DNA from: Alphaproteobacteria bacterium
GTDB taxonomy: Bacteria > Pseudomonadota > Alphaproteobacteria > CAAHEQ01 > UBA3637
Direction: 5' to 3'
DNA length: 64,000 nucleotides
NCBI GenBank assembly: GCA_015062245.1
Contig: SUVA01000006.1
Coordinates: 1,753 to 65,752 of the forward strand
Each line of letters begins with the position of its first letter. The stretch's first letter is position 1. A program made the position numbers and the translations under genes. Positions 32,160-41,748 of the stretch are shown piece after piece. The notes beneath the pieces are model-generated. The model had not been told where the DNA came from and searched no databases. It saw only the letters and a list, made by a program, of their open reading frames with translations.

Positions 32160-33314
32160 ATGTCAGTAAAAAACAAAACAAACAAAAACGATAAAAGAAG
32201 TCAAAAGGGGCGCAGTATGGTTGAAATGCTGGGGGTGCTTGCCATCGTGGGCGTTTTGTCCGTGGGCGGTGTGTACGGCTATGGTGTCGCCATGAAAAAA
32301 CACAAAGCCAATGAATTATTGCACCAGGCCTCAATGCTGGCCACTACCATATCGGCACAAATCCAAAGTAAAGGTGAATTGCCCCAAAGCATTGAAGATT
32401 TTGGCAATGGTAAATACGGGACATTTAATCCCCCCAGTGAAGCAAATGCTGAACAATTTACCATGCAAATCACAGGTATGGATTCTGCGGTTTGTACCCA
32501 AATGGAAAAGATGGCGAGCGGAATGGTGCGTGAAGCCAAATGTAATGGCACAACATTGACCTTAACCTATAACAACAATTTATCCAGCGACAAAGTCGCC
32601 GCCGATTATAATGGTGATGAAGACGGTTGTAAAGACAGTGGTCGTAAATACTGTTCAGGTTCAAATTCTTGCGTTGCTTTGGATAAGGAATGCGGATGTA
32701 GTGGCACAAATAACGGCTGTCAAAAATGCGATACAGAAACGGGTTCTTTGGTTGCCGATGATGAAAAAGAAGGTGAAAATTGCACCACATCTGATGGTAA
32801 AGCAGGAACATGTAATGATGGCGTGTGTGAGGAAAAAGTGGATTGTCCTAATGGCTTGGATGCGAATGAAGAGGGAAAGTGTATTTGTACAGACCACACA
32901 ACGAATCAATGTGGATTGGGATATTATTGCAAGTTTGTTCCGGATGATGATGCTTGTGGTGATAGCGACCGTGGAGATGGTGTTTGTACAGCCGTTGGCA
33001 GTGGTACTTCCATCAAAGACGGGGCTTATTTAAAGAGTTCTGATCCTATGGATTGGTGGAGTGCATACAGTTGGTGTAAAGGGAACGACATGGATTTGAT
33101 AACGGGGACAATAGACGGCATACCGTTGAACAGTGATTACTTTGATGAGGATAATTATATATTGTATAACTACTTTGGAGAGTATTTTAAATTTTGGACA
33201 GGTTATGAGGATGACCATTCCTGTTACACGTGGTACGCTTACGCTGAGCCTGACCATGAGTGGGTCGGCTCGGACGCCAGTCGCGACTGCGAGTTCTCCG
33301 CTTTGTGTCAGTAG
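32160..33314 (+). CDS. Large type IV pilin-like protein with Cys-rich stalk and putative C-type-lectin-fold tip
   Basis: SQKG|RSMVEMLGVLAIVGVL class III signal; many Cys; DWWSAYSWC...FWTG...SCYTWY...SALCQ tip (fold is inference). Confidence 0.85.
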   Translation: MSVKNKTNKNDKRSQKGRSMVEMLGVLAIVGVLSVGGVYGYGVAMKKHKANELLHQASMLATTISAQIQSKGELPQSIEDFGNGKYGTFNPPSEANAEQFTMQITGMDSAVCTQMEKMASGMVREAKCNGTTLTLTYNNNLSSDKVAADYNGDEDGCKDSGRKYCSGSNSCVALDKECGCSGTNNGCQKCDTETGSLVADDEKEGENCTTSDGKAGTCNDGVCEEKVDCPNGLDANEEGKCICTDHTTNQCGLGYYCKFVPDDDACGDSDRGDGVCTAVGSGTSIKDGAYLKSSDPMDWWSAYSWCKGNDMDLITGTIDGIPLNSDYFDEDNYILYNYFGEYFKFWTGYEDDHSCYTWYAYAEPDHEWVGSDASRDCEFSALCQ

Positions 33315-33330
33315 TGCGTGTTCGGCTTTT
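33219..33330 (+). other. Candidate DGR variable region plus 3' flank
   Basis: Abrupt GC rise (hand count 64/110 versus 31/100 just upstream); 14 of the last 31 sense codons end in C and none in A; no template or RT found in window. Confidence 0.55.
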
Positions 33331-33338
33331 TAAGATAA

Positions 33339-33378
33339 ACAACATCCTGTCGGTTTAATCGGCGGGATGTTTTCTTTT
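33339..33378 (+). terminator. Hairpin with T tail after the pilin-like gene
   Basis: aacatcctgtcg-gtttaat-cggcgggatgtt then ttcttttt. Confidence 0.75.
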
Positions 33379-34074
33379 TCATCCGATCATTTGTTGGATT
33401 TGGGTAAGGAGTTGTTTGAAAAATTCACGACAGGCAGGGCTGATATATTGGTGCCACAGGCTTAAACCCGCCCAGCCTTTCAGGGCAAAACACCACAAAT
33501 AACCGATGACAAAAAGATTTGCCCCCGGTATAAATAATGTGGTGAATAACCATCCGGCTTTTTTAAAGTCTGTCTGTTCGCTGTGGATTTGGGTGAAGTT
33601 GGCCGAAATGTGAAAGCCGACCCAAAAACCGTAAGTGATGATATACCACGGTTCAAATTGTCCGTTTTGCGTGCCAAAAAATAACCCAACTAACATCCAA
33701 ATAAAAGGAAAAGTCGGTAAAAAATACGGCGCCATGGTAATCAACCAATTGCCTTTGCCCAAATACGAAAACGATCCGCCTTTGTCTTGCTCTATCTTCA
33801 TGCCCACGGGTTTATGTCCCGTCAATACCGCCGCCAACATGTGGGTGGATTCATGGGCAAAGATAGTGAATGAAGCGCCGGCCAATCCCGGAATTAAATT
33901 CCACAAAGCAACTGTGCCGATAATGGGCAACAAAAAATAAACGCCCAAATGCATATTAAATGTTTCACTTATCAAACGAATCAATGCCTGTAACAGCGGA
34001 AAAGTAAAAAAAGCACAACTTAAGGCCACCGGATATTTTATAATCTTTAAGAACGAATTGATAAAACCTTGCAT
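33379..34074 (-). CDS. M50B-like membrane metallopeptidase
   Basis: Multiple TM helices and HESTH (HExxH). Confidence 0.7.
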   Translation of the reverse strand: MQGFINSFLKIIKYPVALSCAFFTFPLLQALIRLISETFNMHLGVYFLLPIIGTVALWNLIPGLAGASFTIFAHESTHMLAAVLTGHKPVGMKIEQDKGGSFSYLGKGNWLITMAPYFLPTFPFIWMLVGLFFGTQNGQFEPWYIITYGFWVGFHISANFTQIHSEQTDFKKAGWLFTTLFIPGANLFVIGYLWCFALKGWAGLSLWHQYISPACREFFKQLLTQIQQMIG

Positions 34075-34129
34075 TTAATTCTCCTTTTATGATAGAATAA
34101 ACCAGTTTTTAAAAAAAAGAAAGGATTTT

Positions 34130-35239
34130 TTGATGTTGTTGTCAATTGTTTTGGTTTTATTGTTTGTTGTTTTGGTGATGTGTGTGGTCGTTTTGGTAAA
34201 GTTGGCGCATATCAATAATCGTCCAGCTCAGACAAATTTGACGGATTTAGCCCAATTGATGCACTCGGACGCCAAAGATTTAAGAACTGAGCTGGGGCAA
34301 AACCTGTTAAACTTTAACGAAACGATTCGTAAAGTGTTGGAAGAACGATTGGAAAATATGCGTTCCACCGTGGATGAAAAATTGCAAGGAACTTTAAATA
34401 AACGTATCAGCGAATCGTTTTCTATGGTATCGGAACGTTTGGAACAGGTGCATAAAGGTTTGGGGGAAATGCAAAATCTGGCCACGGATGTGGGGGGCTT
34501 AAAGCGTGTCTTAACCAATGTTAAATCCCGTGGAACTTGGGGCGAAGTTCAATTGGGTGCGTTATTGGAACAGATTTTAACACCTGAACAATTCGTGAAA
34601 AATGTGCATATCAAAGATTCTTCCGAGGTGGTAGAATTTGCCGTAAAACTGCCCGATGGGGATGTCTTGATTCCCATTGATTCCAAATTCCCCATAGAAG
34701 ATTATGAACGCTTGATGTCAGCGTCCGAAAGCGGTCATCCTGAGGCGGTAGAGCAGGCCGCCAATGAATTGGAAAAAAGCATTAAAGTTCAGGCAAAACG
34801 CATTTCGGAAAAATATATCTTGCCCCCAAAAACCACCGATTTTGCCATTATGTTTTTACCAACGGAAGGTTTATATGCCGAAGTAATGAAACGCCCCGGA
34901 TTATCGGCTTATGTTCAAAACAAAAACAGAATCTGTATTGCAGGGCCCAGCACTTTGGGCGCGTTTTTAAACAGCCTGCAAATGGGATTCAGAACTTTGG
35001 CCATTCAAAAGCGTTCGGGTGAAGTGTGGCAGGTTTTAAATGAAGTAAAAACTGAATTTGAAAAATACGCCCTTTGGGTGGAAAAAGTGAAAAAACATTT
35101 GGAACAAACATCCAAAACTTTGGATGAAGCCGAAACACGCACCCGTGCGGTCAATCGTCGCTTGCGTGGTGTGGAAAATTATTTAGAAACTTCCAATGAT
35201 TCCAAACTGGCCGAAACACCCCATCAGATGATTGAATAA
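34130..35239 (+). CDS. rmuC: DNA recombination protein RmuC
   Basis: RGTWGEVQL, IPIDSKFP, FAIMFLPTEGLYAE. Confidence 0.95.
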   Translation: MMLLSIVLVLLFVVLVMCVVVLVKLAHINNRPAQTNLTDLAQLMHSDAKDLRTELGQNLLNFNETIRKVLEERLENMRSTVDEKLQGTLNKRISESFSMVSERLEQVHKGLGEMQNLATDVGGLKRVLTNVKSRGTWGEVQLGALLEQILTPEQFVKNVHIKDSSEVVEFAVKLPDGDVLIPIDSKFPIEDYERLMSASESGHPEAVEQAANELEKSIKVQAKRISEKYILPPKTTDFAIMFLPTEGLYAEVMKRPGLSAYVQNKNRICIAGPSTLGAFLNSLQMGFRTLAIQKRSGEVWQVLNEVKTEFEKYALWVEKVKKHLEQTSKTLDEAETRTRAVNRRLRGVENYLETSNDSKLAETPHQMIE

Positions 35240-35282
35240 TCGGATTTTTGACTTTTAAGATGAAATTGTGTATAATAAGAAT

Positions 35283-36266
35283 ATGTTAGAAAAAGTTTGT
35301 CCTTATTTTAATCGTTGTGGTGGATGTGTGTGGCAGGATTTGCCCCAAAAAGATTATGTTACCAAAAAAGAAAACTTTGTGCGTTTTTGTTTTCGTGATG
35401 CGGGAATTGATATTGATTTAAAGCCTTTAATTTTGATTCCGACAGGTACACGTCGCAGGGCCTCTTTTTCATTTGTTCGTGGTCATTTGGGCTTTAATGC
35501 CGTTAAAAGTCATCAGATTGTTGAAATTGAATCTTGTCCTTTGTTGTTGGATAAAATCAATGACTTTTTGCCGAATTTAAGAAAAATAATAAAACAATTA
35601 AATACTTCGGGTGATTTATTTATTGCTTCAACCGATATGGGGTTGGATATTCACATTCGTGATAAATCGGGTTTGCCTGATTTAAATAAGTTGGAGTTAT
35701 TGACATCCTTAAACCAATATGATGAAGTGGCCCGTGTTGTTTATAACGATACACCTATTTTTGAAAAAGGCATCTATGGGGGCAGTGCCGATAATTTTGC
35801 CCAACCATCCAAAGAAGGGGAAAAAGTTTTGGTGGATTTGGTTTTGGAAAATGCGAATAATTCCAAAAGAGCAGTTGATTTATTTTGTGGTTCGGGAACA
35901 TTTACACGACCTTTAATTGAAAAGGGTATTTCAACCATGGGATATGATAGTGTTCCTCAGGCTATTGCCCGTTTGGGTGAAAATGGAGAGGTCCGTGATT
36001 TGTTTCGCCGACCATTGTTGCCAGAGGAATTATCTGATGTTGATTTGATTGTTTTGGATCCACCCAGGGCAGGGGCTATGGCGCAATGTCAACAATTGGC
36101 CGAATTGGAAAAAGGCAGAATTGTAATGGTGTCCTGTAATCCCAAAACGGCTGCCCGTGATATTAAAATTTTATTAAACGCTGGTTGGAAATTGGGAACG
36201 ATTACACCGGTTGATCAATTTACCTATACCAATCATGTGGAAATTGTGGCTGTTTTGACAAAATAA
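35283..36266 (+). CDS. RNA m5U methyltransferase, TrmA/RlmD family
   Basis: CPYFNRCGGC, DLFCGSG, LDPPRAG, VSCNP, DQF...HVE. Confidence 0.9.
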   Translation: MLEKVCPYFNRCGGCVWQDLPQKDYVTKKENFVRFCFRDAGIDIDLKPLILIPTGTRRRASFSFVRGHLGFNAVKSHQIVEIESCPLLLDKINDFLPNLRKIIKQLNTSGDLFIASTDMGLDIHIRDKSGLPDLNKLELLTSLNQYDEVARVVYNDTPIFEKGIYGGSADNFAQPSKEGEKVLVDLVLENANNSKRAVDLFCGSGTFTRPLIEKGISTMGYDSVPQAIARLGENGEVRDLFRRPLLPEELSDVDLIVLDPPRAGAMAQCQQLAELEKGRIVMVSCNPKTAARDIKILLNAGWKLGTITPVDQFTYTNHVEIVAVLTK

Positions 36267-36273
36267 ACTTTCA

Positions 36274-36302
36274 TTGACAAAGGTTGCTTTTTTTGATATA
36301 AT
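36274..36302 (+). promoter_or_regulatory. Promoter of argS
   Basis: TTGACA-17 nt-TATAAT with TGn extension. Confidence 0.75.
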
Positions 36303-36332
36303 TTTATCTAAATTTTAAAAGGAGAAAACAAA

Positions 36333-38084
36333 ATGATTTTAAGCCAGTTTTTAAAGGATAAAATTTCCGATTTAGCCCAAGATGTCTTTTCTTTGGATTC
36401 GGATGCACGTCAATTGTTGCAAAATCACATGACCTTGGAAAAACCGGCCAATAAATCATTTGGTGATTTTGCCACCAATGTGGCGATGTTGCTTTCCAAA
36501 CATTTGCGTCAAAATCCACGGGCTTTGGCCACTCAATTGGTTGAAAAGTTGAAAGAACTTGATTGTTTTGAAACGGTTGAAATTGCCGGTCCGGGTTTTA
36601 TCAATATGCGTTTGACATCCAAGATTTGGGATGAAGCTTTTGCCGAAATTTTTGTTCAAAAGGATGCTTTCGGTTCTTCCGATATTGGTGGCGGGCAAAA
36701 GATAAATGTGGAATTTTTATCGGCTAATCCGACGGGGCCTTTACATGTGGGACATAGTCGTGCGGCTATTTTTGGTGATGCCGTGGCACGTTTGTTGTCC
36801 AAAATCGGCTATGATGTTTCAAAAGAATACTATGTCAATGATTTTGGTAAACAAGTGGATGTTTTGGCTGAATCCGTGTATTGGCGCTATGAAGAATTAT
36901 TTGGTCGTCATCAGGGTGAAAAAATTCCCGAAGGCCGTTACCCCGGCGATTATGTAATTCCAGTGGCGCAAAGTATCAAAGATACCGACGGCGATAAATG
37001 GTTGGATACAAATGATTGGTTAGAATATTTTAAAACAAAATCCATTGAACAAATGTTAAAACTGATTCAATCGGATGCTGCCAAGTTGGGCATTAAATTT
37101 GATGTCTTTTCTTCCGAAAAAGCTTTGGTAGAACAAGGTGCTGTGGATAAAACAGTTCAAAAAATGTTTGATATGAATCTGTTATATAAAGGCGTATTAC
37201 CTAAACCCAAAGGCGAAGAAACAGAAGATTGGGCCCCTGTTGAACAGACTTTATTTAAATCATCCGAATTTGGTGATGATGGTGATCGTGTGATTTTGCG
37301 TGCCGATGGTTCCAAAACATATTTCACATCTGATATTGCTTATCACGTGGATAAATTTAACCGTGGATTTACCCAAATGGTGGATATCTTTGGGGCTGAC
37401 CATGGCGGTTATGTGAAACGTTTAAAGGCTTCTGTCAAAGCCCTGACAGACGACAAAGCAACCTTGGATATTGCTTTATGTCAGGTGGTCAGTTTGCAAA
37501 AAGACGGTAAACCTTTCCGTATGTCCAAACGGGCCGGGAACTTTGTCTTGGTGGATGATATTTTGGATGAAATTGATGCTGATGCTTTCCGTTTGTTTAT
37601 GTTGACAAAATCGGCTGACAGTCAGATGAGCTTTGATTTGGCCAAAACAAAAGAGCAATCCAAAGACAATCCTGTTTTCTATATTCAATATGCTTCGGCA
37701 CGGACTTATTCGGTCTTGAATACCTATGAAAAAACTTTTGGCCGTAAAGTTGAAGAAGCAGACTTGGATAAAAATTTATATCAAGATGCCAATGAAACAG
37801 AACGTGAATTGATTCAAAAAATGTTGGGTTTAACACGAATTGTGGAAGTTTCCGCCCAAAATAAAGCACCGCATTTGTTGGCTGGTTATTTATACGATAT
37901 TGCCGGTTTGTTTCACAGTGTATGGACTTTGGGTGCCAAAAGTGGTCATCGTTTTGTGGATGCAAATGATATGTCCAAAACACGCAAAAACTTGGCTTTG
38001 GTCTTGGCTGTACAGCAGGTTTTGAAAAACGGCTTAATGACTTTGGGAATTACACCCAAAACCGAAATGGCCCGTGAAGAATAG
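36333..38084 (+). CDS. argS: Arginine--tRNA ligase
   Basis: SANPTGPLHVGH, GADHGGY, MSKRAG, YIQYA. Confidence 0.97.
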   Translation: MILSQFLKDKISDLAQDVFSLDSDARQLLQNHMTLEKPANKSFGDFATNVAMLLSKHLRQNPRALATQLVEKLKELDCFETVEIAGPGFINMRLTSKIWDEAFAEIFVQKDAFGSSDIGGGQKINVEFLSANPTGPLHVGHSRAAIFGDAVARLLSKIGYDVSKEYYVNDFGKQVDVLAESVYWRYEELFGRHQGEKIPEGRYPGDYVIPVAQSIKDTDGDKWLDTNDWLEYFKTKSIEQMLKLIQSDAAKLGIKFDVFSSEKALVEQGAVDKTVQKMFDMNLLYKGVLPKPKGEETEDWAPVEQTLFKSSEFGDDGDRVILRADGSKTYFTSDIAYHVDKFNRGFTQMVDIFGADHGGYVKRLKASVKALTDDKATLDIALCQVVSLQKDGKPFRMSKRAGNFVLVDDILDEIDADAFRLFMLTKSADSQMSFDLAKTKEQSKDNPVFYIQYASARTYSVLNTYEKTFGRKVEEADLDKNLYQDANETERELIQKMLGLTRIVEVSAQNKAPHLLAGYLYDIAGLFHSVWTLGAKSGHRFVDANDMSKTRKNLALVLAVQQVLKNGLMTLGITPKTEMAREE

Positions 38085-38100
38085 AGGGATATTACAAAAG

Positions 38101-38129
38101 AAAAAGCGGGGATTTACCCGCTTTTTTTT
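38101..38129. terminator. Bidirectional intrinsic terminator
   Basis: aaaaagcggg-attta-cccgcttttt between convergent genes. Confidence 0.85.
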
Positions 38130-39303
38130 ATTTCAATCCGTTAAATGTATGGCACATGGGGCATAATCCGTGCCAAGAGGGGGATTTATAACCGCATGTT
38201 TCGCATGCCCAAGCGTTTTCGTCTTCTTCCGTTTCAACGGCTTTATCCTCCCATTCACGGGCTTTATCTTCATGATTCCACGCATCTCGTTCCACACGGG
38301 CCTGCATCAAAGCCACCTGTTTTGTCAAAGCATAGCTTTGCAAAAATTCATCCAGATATTTTTTTGCCTGAATCGGTTCTTGATTATTCAATGATATATC
38401 GGCCAATGCCAACAAAGAAAGGCGTTCATAAGGATTTTCTGATACCAAATTTTTAATGGCTGAAAAGCGTTTTTTACCATCCAAAGATACCAATAATTCT
38501 TTATAAGCTTCATAAACGGGCCAACAAGGATTTTTTTGCCATATTTTTTGGAATATCTTGCCGGCTTTTTGTGGGTTTTGTTTGGCATAGGCAATGGCAA
38601 TGGCCGGATTTAACGGATCGGTTTTATAGGCGCTTTTCACATCATCGCATAAAAATAAACAAGTTGCTCTTCGGCGATTATAATCTTCTGTGCTTAAAAT
38701 CGGTTTCATTTTCTTTAAATAGACAAGTGCTTCTTCCCAATTGTTTTCCTGACAGGACAATTGAAAGTTTGCCTGTAATGCCCAAGGTGTTTTTTTCTTT
38801 TTATCGGGCAATCCGTCCAACAAAAGACGCATTTGTTGTAAATCCCCATCATTATTGGCTGTGCGGAATAAACCACGAATGCCACCCAATGTTGTTTGGG
38901 GAAATTGCATCAATTGGTGATAGGAATCTTCATCCGGCAACAACAAACAACGGATTGTCCAATAAATATAACTTTCCTGACCAAAAAGTTTTTCGGCTTT
39001 TTCCAATAATTCAGGGACAGCTTCCATTTCTTGGTTGGTAAGGGTCAATAATACCGTTAAAATTAAATCATGCCTTTTTTGTTCTTTAATTTTAAGATGA
39101 TGTTTTTTCAAAAAACCAAATAAACGAAAAGGTAAAAACAGTAAATGCCAACACCACAAGACGGCAAAAATTAAGCCGGCAAAAGTGAAAATTGAACCGT
39201 AAAGACGATAATTTTCAAATTGAATTTCCATCATTGTATCGGAATTTGTGATTTGAAAACCCAAAAAGAATAAGATGGCGGATAAAAGGAATAGTTTAAT
39301 CAT
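38128..39303 (-). CDS. HemY-like TPR membrane protein
   Basis: Two N-terminal TM helices, helical repeats, C-terminal WACETC...CPMC as in alphaproteobacterial HemY. Confidence 0.7.
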   Translation of the reverse strand: MIKLFLLSAILFFLGFQITNSDTMMEIQFENYRLYGSIFTFAGLIFAVLWCWHLLFLPFRLFGFLKKHHLKIKEQKRHDLILTVLLTLTNQEMEAVPELLEKAEKLFGQESYIYWTIRCLLLPDEDSYHQLMQFPQTTLGGIRGLFRTANNDGDLQQMRLLLDGLPDKKKKTPWALQANFQLSCQENNWEEALVYLKKMKPILSTEDYNRRRATCLFLCDDVKSAYKTDPLNPAIAIAYAKQNPQKAGKIFQKIWQKNPCWPVYEAYKELLVSLDGKKRFSAIKNLVSENPYERLSLLALADISLNNQEPIQAKKYLDEFLQSYALTKQVALMQARVERDAWNHEDKAREWEDKAVETEEDENAWACETCGYKSPSWHGLCPMCHTFNGLK

Positions 39304-40126
39304 TTTGCACCCCCTGTTCAGCGTTAAGTTCGTTTAATCCATCTTTGATTTTGATAATTGTTTCACCAAAGTCGGTTGTTTTTTTAAGTTTTTGTTGCCA
39401 ATTTTCGGGTAGCTTTAAAGTCAAAGTCATGGCATTTTGTATTTGATGGTCTATGATTGCCTGTTGAATTTGATTTAAAATATCCTTTGGGGTACTTCCT
39501 GATGAATTCGTGTTTTGAATATCAAAGAAAAAGTAGGGAATAACTTTGATATACTTTATGGGCGATTTTTCCATAAGTGTTTGTGAAACAAGTAATTCCT
39601 TTTTTTCTTGTCTGAAAGTATAAAGCCATTTGTCCCAGGCCGACATTTCATTGGTATTACAATAAGGTTTTAAAAGTTGTGTTAAATCTTTGAAGTCGGA
39701 ATTTTTATTTAAATTACTGATAAATTCACGGCAATCCTTTTGGGTGACAAAATCGGCCCAAGTATAATTTAAAATCGTTTCATCTGATTGAGATGGTATT
39801 TCATTATCCGCAGGTAATAAATCATTTTGTTCGGTGGTTTCTGATATATCATTTCCTTCGTCTGTGTTTGTTTCAGACTCGCTTGTTTGTGAATCCAAAG
39901 ATATTTCTTCGTGGTTATCTTCAACTGAATTTGGTTCAGAAATTTCTGTTTGAACGACCGTTTGGGATTGTAAATCAATCTCGGTTTCTGAATCAGCCTC
40001 AACTTCTGTTGCCGTGTTTTCTTGCGTTGAATCAAGTTCTTGTGATAAAACGGGATTGACATAAGTCAACATCCCGCAAAAGACAGTCAAAGAAAATACT
40101 TTGGCGATATTTGTTTTTTTTATCAT
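39296..40126 (-). CDS. Hypothetical membrane-anchored protein (possibly COG4223/HemX-like)
   Basis: N-terminal anchor, acidic linker, position upstream of the hemY-like gene. Confidence 0.45.
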   Translation of the reverse strand: MIKKTNIAKVFSLTVFCGMLTYVNPVLSQELDSTQENTATEVEADSETEIDLQSQTVVQTEISEPNSVEDNHEEISLDSQTSESETNTDEGNDISETTEQNDLLPADNEIPSQSDETILNYTWADFVTQKDCREFISNLNKNSDFKDLTQLLKPYCNTNEMSAWDKWLYTFRQEKKELLVSQTLMEKSPIKYIKVIPYFFFDIQNTNSSGSTPKDILNQIQQAIIDHQIQNAMTLTLKLPENWQQKLKKTTDFGETIIKIKDGLNELNAEQGVQND

Positions 40127-40149
40127 TTCTCCCCCCCCCTTTTTTTGTT

Positions 40150-41625
40150 TTATTCTTCTGTCATATAGGCAGAAAAGAATTTTTGTATTGTTTTTTCGTT
40201 CACTTTTACATCAAAATCTTTTGCGTATGATTGTTGTGTTGCTGATAATAAGTCTTGGGTATAAACAGCCAAAGCATCCATTTTTTCAGATGTTGAAATT
40301 TTTTCTGAGTTGGGAATGACTTTATTGACAACAATAATCCATGAGCCACCATTTGTCGGGTAAGATTTGGCATTTTTCATACCGACAGATTGATCAAAAA
40401 TGGCAGATAATAATTCCACAGGAATTTGTTTTGCTTTTGTCAGTTCTACAACTTCCTTAAAAGGCTTGTACTTGGACCAATTACCTTTTTCGGTCAAGGT
40501 TGTAAGTGTTTGTTGAATCGTTTGTGGCAATTTTGCTTTTTGTTCTTCGGCTTTCCAAAGGGCGATAACATCCTTTTTTACATTTTCAAAAGGTTTTAAG
40601 GCTGCGGGAATAACTTTATCCACTTCGGCCACCAAAAAGCCGTTGCCATAATCGGCAATGCTGGTTGATTCACCGGATGAAAGGGTAAAGACCTCTTGCA
40701 ATAAAGGATTTTTATCCAAAGTTTTATCGGCCAATTTTCCGTTTTGGTTCAATCCCGAAAAATCTGTTATAAGCAAAGTTGGTTTTGGCAAACCTAATTT
40801 TTCGGCTGATTCCTTTAATGGTGCGCCACTTCCCAAAGCATCTTCCAAATCCTGAACAGCTTGGTACATTCTGTCATAGGCTGTTTCTTTTTCGCCTTTG
40901 AAATCAGACGGTGTAATGTATAACAGTTGAATTTGACGGTATTCAGGGGCGGTAAATTCTTCCTGATACGCTTCGTAATAATCTTTTAATGTTGTATTAT
41001 CGGGTTGACCGACAGAAATATCGCTTTCTTTTATTAACAAGGCAGATATTTCACGCTTTTCTTTTTGAATATTTGCGATGTTTTCAATAATTGTTTTATT
41101 TTGTGTGGCCACCTTTGATAAAGCAATTGATAAATGCTTATTTGCCAATTCTTTTTTCAATTCTTCGGATAATTCGGCTTGATTCATTCTTAACTGGCCC
41201 AAATAGGTGTAAAAGAGATTTGCGTCAAAATTACCTTGGGCATCTTGAAAGGCGGGATGACGTTCCACATATTTGCGAACAGCTTCATCAGATGCCGTTA
41301 AACCGATTTTATCCGATATTTTTTGTGAAACTTGTTCAGCAACCAATTGCTGGACGGTTTTATCCAGTAAACCGATTTCAATGGCTTTTTTTACGGTTAG
41401 ATTCTGTCCTGTTAAACCCGAAATTTTTGCCCGTTCCCTGTCCAAAGCCTGATTCAGGTGATTGACAGTGATAATCGTTGAATCAACGCTAATGGCCTTG
41501 TTATCAGCCGAAAAGCCATCCGATAATCCACCCAATCCCCAAAAGGCCATCATACTTAAAGCCAAAGCAGCACAAATAATTTTAGCGGCCCAACTGTTTC
41601 CGAGTTTATTAAAAAAAGAAATCAT
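40150..41625 (-). CDS. PpiD-like periplasmic chaperone (SurA N-terminal domain)
   Basis: ALSMMAFWGLGG anchor, FQDAQGNFD, FTAPEYR. Confidence 0.8.
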   Translation of the reverse strand: MISFFNKLGNSWAAKIICAALALSMMAFWGLGGLSDGFSADNKAISVDSTIITVNHLNQALDRERAKISGLTGQNLTVKKAIEIGLLDKTVQQLVAEQVSQKISDKIGLTASDEAVRKYVERHPAFQDAQGNFDANLFYTYLGQLRMNQAELSEELKKELANKHLSIALSKVATQNKTIIENIANIQKEKREISALLIKESDISVGQPDNTTLKDYYEAYQEEFTAPEYRQIQLLYITPSDFKGEKETAYDRMYQAVQDLEDALGSGAPLKESAEKLGLPKPTLLITDFSGLNQNGKLADKTLDKNPLLQEVFTLSSGESTSIADYGNGFLVAEVDKVIPAALKPFENVKKDVIALWKAEEQKAKLPQTIQQTLTTLTEKGNWSKYKPFKEVVELTKAKQIPVELLSAIFDQSVGMKNAKSYPTNGGSWIIVVNKVIPNSEKISTSEKMDALAVYTQDLLSATQQSYAKDFDVKVNEKTIQKFFSAYMTEE

Positions 41626-41748
41626 CTTTGTATCCTTTCACTTTTAAACTATCTTAAACAAAAATCATTTAAAAAGCAAGAACTTTTTATTTTGCTTGAT
41701 TTTTTATAAAACATATGCTAAATCTGAATAAAAAAAACTGGGGGAAAA

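Noticed and set aside
32160-33378. Shufflon-type invertible pilin tips
   Set aside because: No recombinase, no repeated sfx-like sites and no alternative C-terminal cassettes nearby
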